Position numbers and translations under genes: made by a program
NCBI GenBank assembly: GCA_965219535.1
Contig: CBDCNV010000002.1
Span: 840,001 to 872,000, forward strand
Origin: Opitutales bacterium
GTDB lineage: Bacteria; Verrucomicrobiota; Verrucomicrobiia; Opitutales; PNEW01
Length of the DNA: 32,000 bases
Direction of reading: 5' to 3'
Shown: positions 25,758 through 32,000 of the stretch, in pieces
Position numbering within the stretch: the stretch's first letter is position 1
How the letters are laid out: the number at the start of each line of letters is the position of its first letter
The notes under the pieces: generated by a model
The model's database searches: none
What the model was told of the DNA's origin: nothing
The model's input: the letters and a program-made list of their open reading frames with translations, nothing else

Positions 25758-28532
25758 GTGTGGAGACTTATAAAGTTCAGTTATCATTATGCCGCACCGG
25801 TGTTGTTGGTCATTGCCATCATAACTGGCTTATCCTGGACCTTGCTCGACCGCATCCGTTTAGAAGTATCAGCGGATCAGTTGCTTCCCCGGCAAAGCGC
25901 TTTACGCGAGGCCTATGATGAAACACGCGCTACTTTCGGCTCTGATAAAATTGCGGCCGTTTACATAGAAGACAATACGTTATTTACGTATGCCACGCTT
26001 CGGCGGCTGGAGACTTTATATAATACACTTTCAGGTCTCGATGGTGTGCAAAGGGTAGAAAGCCTTTTTAATATCAGTCATATTAAATATCGGGATGGGT
26101 GGCTGGAGACAGGACCCATTCTTGACATTATTCCCGAGGATCCAAATGAGCTGCGGAGAATCAAAGATGAAGCAGCTAATAATCCCCTCTTAAGTCGCAG
26201 AGTCATTTCGACTGATGGTAAAGCGACGCTTCTCACGCTTTATCTTGAAGAGGGCGTATCCACGGCGGGAGATGCCCAGGTGACTAAGGGCAATGAATTG
26301 GGGCATTGGAATTTTGAACGCTACATTTACCTGCAGATTGAAGAAGCATTAAAAGACTTTAATGAAGATTTTGACCAGGTATTTCAAGTGGGTGTCGCGG
26401 CGATGCAGGTGGAAATGAAGCAATTTATCATTGAAGATCAACGCTACCTTCTCCCTCTCTCCGCACTGCTCATAATTATTGTCATTGGACTTGCGTTGCA
26501 GAGTGTTCACGCGGCGATTATTCCCATTTGTAATGCCATTCTCAGTTCGATCTGGATGCTGGGATTACTCGCTCTTCTTGGCATTCCCATCAATATGCTC
26601 AATTACATTGTTCCCGTCCTTATTATCGTGGTCGGTGCGACTGAAGATGTACATATCCTCTCTGAATATATTGAATTGCGAAGGAGGGGACAGTCGGGAA
26701 CGCATGCCATGTTGGCGACTGCGCACAGAATAGGACTCACTCTATTCCTTACCGCGATTTCCACAATCCTGGGATTTGCGGCGACGGGATTAACCGATAT
26801 CATCGCGATGCAACACTTTGGAGTTGCGGCCTCTCTGGGTATGTTTTGCCGGTTTATAGCCTCTTCTTTTTTCCTCCCCGCCTATCTTAGTATATTTAAA
26901 AATCATTTTTCCGTCGGTTCAAATAAAGCGCGTGCACACGCTCCGCGTATCATTGCGGATAAACTGGCGGTCACCATAATGCAACGACTCGTCAAGCATC
27001 CTGCATTGGTTATCCTGACATTTATGGTTATAACCGTGCCCAGTCTCTACTTAGCAGACAGGATCGTTTTAAATAATGACTTACCTGCTTTTTTAAAGAA
27101 AGAAGCGAAAGTTGTTCAAAATATTAACACCGTAGCTAACCGTCTGTCTGGATCTAAAGTCATTAACATAACACTCAAAGGAAATCCCGGTGATTTTAAG
27201 CGCAACGAAAACCTTCGACGACTTAAAGATCTCACTGTTGAACTGAGAAATAGGGAGGATCTCGATTCCGTCGTATCCCTCGCGGATTACATCTGCCTTG
27301 TCAATCGCGAGATGCGGGGTGGAGGTGCGGAAGATTTCATGATCCCTGAAAATGATTCACTCATTGCTCAGTACCTGATCTTTTTTCACAGTAGCGATCT
27401 GCGCCCCTATGCCACTCATGACTATTCTCAAGTCAATATTGCTATTCGCACAAACATCGGGAATAGCACACATTTTAATCGGATCGTCGGTGAAATCCGA
27501 GAGCTGCTCGAGAGTGGAAAATTTGGTCCCCTTGTCTACACGATCACAGGAAAATCCGTTCTCGTCGCTGCGGCAGTAGATAATATTGCCCGGGGGCAGT
27601 TAACCTCACTCAGTACCATCACCGTGTTACTCTTTATTATTGTCTCAACGCTGTTTCTTTCTTTGCGCTGCGGCTGTCTTGCGGTATTGGCTAATCTTTT
27701 TTCCGTTGCTGTCATATTCGGCTTTATGGGCGTGGCGCAGATACCGCTTAATCTCGGCACCTGTATGGTCGCGGCAATTACTATCGGAATCGGCGTAGAT
27801 GACACGCTTCACTTGTTGGTGCAATACAACCGCGAGTTGAAGTCCCTTAAAGATGAAAAAAAAGCACTCGAAAAAGCGCTCCGCACGGTAATCCTCCCCA
27901 TCATCGTCACCTCAATCGGACTCGCGGCCGGTTTTTTTGTCCTATCTTTTTCCAGCTTCCTCCCCGTTCAGCAATTCGGTATGCTCAGCGCAATCGTTAT
28001 CGTAATCGCGGTAATCGCCGACATGATTTTAACTCCTGCGCTCTTTTCAACGAAGCGTCTTATTACACTATGGGATTTACTCGGAATAAAACTACAAAAT
28101 ACGCTTCATGATAAATGCCGTCTCTTTCAAGGCATGAGCATGTGGCAGGTGAAAAAATTTATCCTGCTCTCACACATGGAGGAGTATCCAGCTGGAACCC
28201 TCGTCATGCGTGAAGGGGAACTTGCCCATATCATGTACATCATTATTGAAGGCGAAATGGAAGTATCTAAGCTAATAAAAGGAGAGCGGACCAAACTGGC
28301 AAACCTCACTCTTGGTGACGCGGTTGGGGAGATAGCCCTGGTCTACCAGAATAAAAGGACCGCTGATGTCCGCGCTATTACGGATATTAAAATGCTTGCC
28401 ATCGATTGGGAGTCATTGGAGAAAATTCAACGCTACGCGCCCTATCTCGCATCTAAGTTCTATCTTAATCTCGCCCGTGTTCTCGGCCTTCGCATTGTGC
28501 AGACCGTGAGCCGTATCGAGAAGGGGGTCTGA
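25758..28532 (+). CDS. MMPL/RND-superfamily exporter (COG1033-type) fused to a C-terminal cyclic-nucleotide-binding domain
   Basis: 924 aa with a GTG start. Two 6-TM halves are each preceded by a large periplasmic loop. The last ~135 aa (from about nt 28116) form a CNB fold with a phosphate-binding cassette, GEIALVYQNKRTADVRA. Confidence 0.85.
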   Translation: MWRLIKFSYHYAAPVLLVIAIITGLSWTLLDRIRLEVSADQLLPRQSALREAYDETRATFGSDKIAAVYIEDNTLFTYATLRRLETLYNTLSGLDGVQRVESLFNISHIKYRDGWLETGPILDIIPEDPNELRRIKDEAANNPLLSRRVISTDGKATLLTLYLEEGVSTAGDAQVTKGNELGHWNFERYIYLQIEEALKDFNEDFDQVFQVGVAAMQVEMKQFIIEDQRYLLPLSALLIIIVIGLALQSVHAAIIPICNAILSSIWMLGLLALLGIPINMLNYIVPVLIIVVGATEDVHILSEYIELRRRGQSGTHAMLATAHRIGLTLFLTAISTILGFAATGLTDIIAMQHFGVAASLGMFCRFIASSFFLPAYLSIFKNHFSVGSNKARAHAPRIIADKLAVTIMQRLVKHPALVILTFMVITVPSLYLADRIVLNNDLPAFLKKEAKVVQNINTVANRLSGSKVINITLKGNPGDFKRNENLRRLKDLTVELRNREDLDSVVSLADYICLVNREMRGGGAEDFMIPENDSLIAQYLIFFHSSDLRPYATHDYSQVNIAIRTNIGNSTHFNRIVGEIRELLESGKFGPLVYTITGKSVLVAAAVDNIARGQLTSLSTITVLLFIIVSTLFLSLRCGCLAVLANLFSVAVIFGFMGVAQIPLNLGTCMVAAITIGIGVDDTLHLLVQYNRELKSLKDEKKALEKALRTVILPIIVTSIGLAAGFFVLSFSSFLPVQQFGMLSAIVIVIAVIADMILTPALFSTKRLITLWDLLGIKLQNTLHDKCRLFQGMSMWQVKKFILLSHMEEYPAGTLVMREGELAHIMYIIIEGEMEVSKLIKGERTKLANLTLGDAVGEIALVYQNKRTADVRAITDIKMLAIDWESLEKIQRYAPYLASKFYLNLARVLGLRIVQTVSRIEKGV

Positions 28533-28668
28533 AGAATTGCCGATCCGCCGTCGCTCTTTGAGCTATGGCGTGACAAGTTGCGTGAGGCTCATCTCTTTAC
28601 AGACTCAGGATAAAAAAATCTTTTGTTCTTAATCGAATTAAATTAGGTTAATTTGCTGACAGATTCAT

Positions 28669-28744
28669 GGGGCCGTAGCTCAGTTGGAAGAGCGCTACAC
28701 TCGCACTGTAGAGGTCGGGAGTTCGAATCTCCTCGGCTCCACCA
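28669..28744 (+). tRNA. tRNA-Ala (anticodon CGC), CCA encoded
   Basis: 76 nt with a full cloverleaf. The acceptor is GGGGCCG/CGGCTCC with the G3:U70 Ala identity pair. The anticodon loop is CT-CGC-AC and the T-loop is TTCGAAT. Confidence 0.95.
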
Positions 28745-28792
28745 AACTTTGCAATGCAAAGTTTGCCAGCCGTAGCCTTGGCGAAGGCTGGC
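28745..28792 (+). terminator. Two consecutive hairpins immediately 3' of tRNA-Ala
   Basis: The first hairpin is AAACTTTGC-aat-GCAAAGTTT. The second is GCCAGCC-gta-GCC-tt-GGC-gaa-GGCTGGC, followed by ATTT. The U-tract is weak, so a terminator role is only plausible. The right arm is part of repeat box copy A. Confidence 0.35.
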
Positions 28793-28812
28793 ATTTCGGG
28801 TACAAATATTAC
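28781..28812 (+). repeat. Conserved box, copy A (GCGAAGGCTGGCATTTCGGGTACAAATATTAC)
   Basis: Positions 28781-28805 are identical to copy B over 25 nt. Positions 28793-28812 are identical to copy C over 20 nt. Confidence 0.85.
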
Positions 28813-28934
28813 AGGGTTTTATAAACTGAAACTGGGCTTAGACTAACCTAAGGCAGGCCAAACATCAGAACCAAATCATAATATTAATCGTACGTCTATT
28901 GACAGGACGAAGGCTGCGCACCATAGCTCGAAGA

Positions 28935-28966
28935 GCGAAGGCTGGCATTTCGGGTACAATCCTTAC
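28935..28966 (+). repeat. Conserved box, copy B (GCGAAGGCTGGCATTTCGGGTACAA-tcc-TTAC)
   Basis: It has a 25-nt perfect match to copy A (28935-28959), then three mismatches, then a shared TTAC. Confidence 0.85.
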
Positions 28967-29056
28967 GATACATTCAACGGTCCTCAATGGGACGGTGTGA
29001 AATGCGAACAACCTTTCATCCAACTATCCATCACCTTGTTTTGACGTCCGTAGTCA

Positions 29057-29854
29057 TCATTGCGTTTCCACCGGACGATACTCTGGCAAGACCTGCGGAT
29101 AACGTTCACCTGTAGTTGTGCAGTACGCATCTCCATGAATAAAAGCAATGCTGAAGGCACGCCGGGGTTGGTCCGTGGTGTTCACTAGCGATGAATGCAG
29201 CAGTTTTATCTTCAGAAGAATGACTTCACCCTTGTCCATTTCCATATAAACCCGCTTATCTTCCGGGGCATACTTATGAATGTCTTCTTCTTTGCTAACC
29301 GTATGGATGGGGCATTCTATATGTGAATAAGGGATCACTGTCAGACAGCCGTTTTCTCGTGTTTGTGGGTCCAATGCGGTATAGACGGTTATCTCTTCGC
29401 GGATGCTCAAGTCCCAATTCCGACCGTCCTGATGCCAACCAAGCGGCATGCCGCCGTCGGCCGGTTTATTAAAAAACATGGATCTGAATACGCCGACTTT
29501 TTCGCCAATCTTTTTCCGCGTGATATCCCTGAAAAGAGGATGCTGAATATAATTTAGATATAATGGATCCATTTCCAGTTCCTGAATTTTCCGGTACTTC
29601 AGCGAACTGCCCTTGTACTTTGCGGAAAAACGAGTATTCTGCACCGTCTTCGACGCAGATGGACAAAGTTGCATGCCCATCCCTTCGTAGCGAATATCGC
29701 CACGCATTATTTGGTCGATTCGATTACAAAGTCGGTCGATTTGCGCGCCTGGCAACACCACACCCAACCGAACAAAACCAACAGACTCCAGTTCCCGCCA
29801 TTCGGCTTCGCTCACCTTATTGTTTTGTCGCAGTTTTGTTTTCACGGTTGTCAC
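29057..29854 (-). CDS. Fe(II)/2-oxoglutarate dioxygenase, phytanoyl-CoA dioxygenase (PhyH) family
   Basis: 265 aa with a GTG start. The facial triad is WH-Q-D plus the distal His in LLHSS. The Arg in RRAFSIAF is positioned for 2-oxoglutarate binding. Confidence 0.8.
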   Translation of the reverse strand: MTTVKTKLRQNNKVSEAEWRELESVGFVRLGVVLPGAQIDRLCNRIDQIMRGDIRYEGMGMQLCPSASKTVQNTRFSAKYKGSSLKYRKIQELEMDPLYLNYIQHPLFRDITRKKIGEKVGVFRSMFFNKPADGGMPLGWHQDGRNWDLSIREEITVYTALDPQTRENGCLTVIPYSHIECPIHTVSKEEDIHKYAPEDKRVYMEMDKGEVILLKIKLLHSSLVNTTDQPRRAFSIAFIHGDAYCTTTGERYPQVLPEYRPVETQ

Positions 29855-29896
29855 TATTCTCTCGGTAGTTCGGCTATTGTGGAACGCAGGATGGGA

Positions 29897-29916
29897 ATTT
29901 CGGGTACAAATATTAC
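29897..29916 (+). repeat. Conserved box, copy C (ATTTCGGGTACAAATATTAC)
   Basis: It has a 20-nt perfect match to copy A. It lies in the 133-bp divergent region between the PhyH and S8 genes, about 70 nt upstream of the S8 ATG. Confidence 0.85.
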
Positions 29917-29987
29917 GGGGTATTAGAAGACGTTTGCGTTGTATAGTTTAGTCGCCATAGTTTTACATAATAACGACTTAAACCAAA

Positions 29988-30980
29988 ATGCAAGGAATGA
30001 GCATGCCTAAAAAGAAAAGTAAAAAAAAATCAGGCAAGACAGAAAAACGTAAGTTCGCTAAGCCGAAAGTTATCGTTAACACAACGGTGAAAGACTTGGA
30101 AGCGTTGGGTGAGGCAAGCAAAACAGAAAAAGAACGTATTGGTTGGGCCAAAAAAATATTGGATGTACCCAGAGTTTGGCGTCGTACAAAGGGAGAAAAC
30201 ATAAAAGTGGCGGTCCTCGATACCGGGGTGGACCCCGACCATGCTGATTTAAAAGATGCAATCATCGCGAAAAGAGATTTCACTGGCGATGGTATTGAAG
30301 ATGAAGACGGGCATGGGACTCATTGTGCAGGGATTATAGCCGCGCGAAAAAATAAAAAAGGATTCGTCGGTGTAGCGCCGAAAGCAGAACTTTTGATTGC
30401 AAAAGTTCTTGATAATGAAGGATACGGTGAAGTGGAGTGGATCTGTAAGGGCATTAACTGGGCTAAAAATAAAAGGGCAGACATCATATCCATGTCATTG
30501 GGTTTTGAAGAATCAGATAATGATCTCTATAGAGCTATACAAAAGGCGTTAGCGGCAGGTGTTTTTATCCTATGTGCAGCTGGAAATGAGGGTGGGTTTT
30601 CTATGAATAATATTGGCTACCCTGCACGCTATGGGGGTGTAATCACCGTCGCGGCTCATGATGAGGATGGTAATCGTTCAGGATTCTCATCGTCGGGCGG
30701 AGAATTAGATGTGATGGCACCTGGAACCGATATATGGTCGACTTATAAAAAAGGTGAATATGCGTCATTAAGTGGGACATCGATGGCGACTCCATTTGTA
30801 GCCGGCCTCGCCGCTTTAATTACATCAAAGCACAAGAGTAAGGATAAAAATAAGACCCCCTTAGATAATAATGAGGATTTAAAAACTCACTTATTGCGCA
30901 TGGCAGCGCATCCTGGCTTTCACAATAATCAAACAGGTTACGGTCCTTTGAGACCTTTTCAATATTTCGATTCTAAATGA
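29988..30980 (+). CDS. Subtilisin-like S8 serine peptidase, no signal peptide, polybasic N-terminus
   Basis: The catalytic triad contexts are VAVLDTGV (Asp), HGTHCAGIIAA (His) and SGTSMATPFVAG (Ser). The N-terminus is MQGMSMPKKKSKKKSGKTEKRKFAKPK, with no hydrophobic signal sequence. Candidate starts are 29988, 29997 and 30003; the last follows AGGA by 7 nt. Confidence 0.88.
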   Translation: MQGMSMPKKKSKKKSGKTEKRKFAKPKVIVNTTVKDLEALGEASKTEKERIGWAKKILDVPRVWRRTKGENIKVAVLDTGVDPDHADLKDAIIAKRDFTGDGIEDEDGHGTHCAGIIAARKNKKGFVGVAPKAELLIAKVLDNEGYGEVEWICKGINWAKNKRADIISMSLGFEESDNDLYRAIQKALAAGVFILCAAGNEGGFSMNNIGYPARYGGVITVAAHDEDGNRSGFSSSGGELDVMAPGTDIWSTYKKGEYASLSGTSMATPFVAGLAALITSKHKSKDKNKTPLDNNEDLKTHLLRMAAHPGFHNNQTGYGPLRPFQYFDSK

Positions 30981-31102
30981 ACGATAGGGACACTCTCAAA
31001 CGCGGTAGGGAACAACCGTCGCCAAGGCTATGGCCAACAGGCACCAGTGTTCCACCTAATTGCTTAACACTTAAAACTTAAAACTGATCGATAGATCACT
31101 TC

Positions 31103-32000
31103 TCACTCAATCGTAAGCTCTTCGACAGCCACCGTGATCTCATCGCCATCTTCATTGGCGAAGGTGGCGACAATACTCTGAGTCGGCTGAGGAGTGTTGT
31201 CAGACTTAAAGTTGTTCTGAGTGATCAAGGTATCAAATCCCGTTGTTGTTGATCCACTCTCCGCTACCACGACTGCGGCGCCGTTTGTCTGCAATAAATC
31301 ACCACCCGTGATTCGCAACCCTGGGTTGCCGGCTGCTACGGTGAAGGAACCTGATCCAAAGAGTAAGTGTGGGACCGCGTCGCCATTGGCATCGATGTCG
31401 CCGACGGTTAAGCGTACCGCGATCGATACCCCGCGTGCATCGACACCGACCTTGCCCGTGCTTCCACTAAAAGCGGCGTTCGACAGCTGCATGCCGCCCA
31501 TGCCAGTGGAATTTACAACTTCTACCAAAGTCACGTCTGCCTGCGCGTCATAGACCTGTCCCTCGGGGAAGAGCGCCTGGTTAACCGCGTTGATCGATCC
31601 CACGGTAAAGATACTGAAGAAGGTATTGGCGTCCGCTCCATCGATGACCACGCTCGGTTTACCCGTCACGTATTCCACCGCCTGGTTGTAGCGTGGGGGA
31701 ATGGCCGGGGGCAGGAAAGTGGCTGGATCGAGGGTTACCGTAAAGGAACCTGTGCCCGAGAACTCAACCTGCACAATGTCTTCAGTTTCATCCATGAAGG
31801 AGACACGGGTGATTTGTCCCGGTCTGGCTTGGAGCTGGATCGTTTCACCCGTAAGGAGAATCTGGTCAAAGATGTTTCCATTCGGATGCTGAATATTTTC
31901 TCCGGCGATATCACCTGTACCGTCAAGCACCAGAGGGACGGAGGGAGCCGCCACGGTGATGACTGCCGTTTCACTGTTTGCGCTGCCGCCGGCATTGGTA
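31103..32000 (-). CDS. C-terminal part of a large Gly/Thr/Val-rich beta-type (surface/adhesin-like) protein, truncated by the window edge
   Basis: The frame stays open upstream of the called start (31954 is an internal GTG) to nt 31999. The composition is repeat-like and beta-strand-rich. I recognise no catalytic motif. Confidence 0.6.
   Translation of the reverse strand, partial: TNAGGSANSETAVITVAAPSVPLVLDGTGDIAGENIQHPNGNIFDQILLTGETIQLQARPGQITRVSFMDETEDIVQVEFSGTGSFTVTLDPATFLPPAIPPRYNQAVEYVTGKPSVVIDGADANTFFSIFTVGSINAVNQALFPEGQVYDAQADVTLVEVVNSTGMGGMQLSNAAFSGSTGKVGVDARGVSIAVRLTVGDIDANGDAVPHLLFGSGSFTVAAGNPGLRITGGDLLQTNGAAVVVAESGSTTTGFDTLITQNNFKSDNTPQPTQSIVATFANEDGDEITVAVEELTIE

Noticed and set aside
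28746-28794. Minus-strand small ORF starting at the ATG inside box copy A (MPAFAKA..). Copy B carries a similar one.
   Set aside because: Copy C lacks that ATG (GGAATTTC instead of GGCATTTC). The copy A frame also runs antisense through the tRNA gene. The feature is not conserved.
28789-28805. Reading the repeated box (CTGGCATTTCGGGTACA) as a sigma-54 -24/-12 promoter
   Set aside because: The TGGCA -24 half fits in copies A and B. The -12 element has A where the near-invariant G of the GC belongs, and copy C has GGGAA in place of TGGCA.
28745-32000. Classical tRNA-targeted genomic island with attL/attR
   Set aside because: I found no direct repeat of the tRNA-Ala 3' end downstream within the window, and no integrase gene. 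An island remains possible if its distal end lies beyond 32000.
1-32000. CRISPR arrays, IS elements or transposases, rRNA genes and prophage genes
   Set aside because: I saw no regularly spaced direct repeats, no transposase-, integrase- or phage-like translations in the ORF track, and no rRNA-like sequence.

Overview
This 32-kb segment looks chromosomal. I guess a PVC-type lineage (Verrucomicrobia/Lentisphaerae-like), inferred only from the chlamydial-type class Ic ribonucleotide reductase and the gene content, with no database search. I call about 26 protein genes and one tRNA. I found no rRNA, CRISPR array, transposase or integrase. In order the window holds: (1) an nrdB-nrdA operon behind tandem NrdR boxes; (2) an AT-rich sulfotransferase gene; (3) a translationally coupled heterodimeric ABC exporter pair; (4) pyruvate dehydrogenase E1alpha-E1beta-E2, with no E3 in the window; (5) a predicted SOS locus, dinB-Nudix divergent from a small unknown ORF plus an SRAP/YedK gene, sharing a GAAC-N4-GTTC palindrome; (6) an orphan CheY-like receiver and a MIF-family tautomerase; (7) a minus-strand operon DoxX / LOG-family / bicupin / TDH-like SDR / DoxX; (8) an aldo-keto reductase; (9) a polytopic GT-C-like membrane protein; (10) a LolA-like protein with an MMPL/RND exporter fused to a C-terminal cyclic-nucleotide-binding domain; (11) tRNA-Ala(CGC); (12) a divergent PhyH-dioxygenase / leaderless S8-protease pair; (13) the 3' part of a large surface-type protein. 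The three best candidates for something undescribed are these. First, the tRNA-Ala-proximal module, where a 20-25 nt box occurs three times, tRNA-like fragments sit beside it, and the PhyH/S8 pair lies within it. Second, the MMPL exporter with the cNMP-binding domain. Third, the DoxX-bracketed LOG-bicupin-SDR operon. All functional calls rest on motifs I can read in the translations. No homology search was run.
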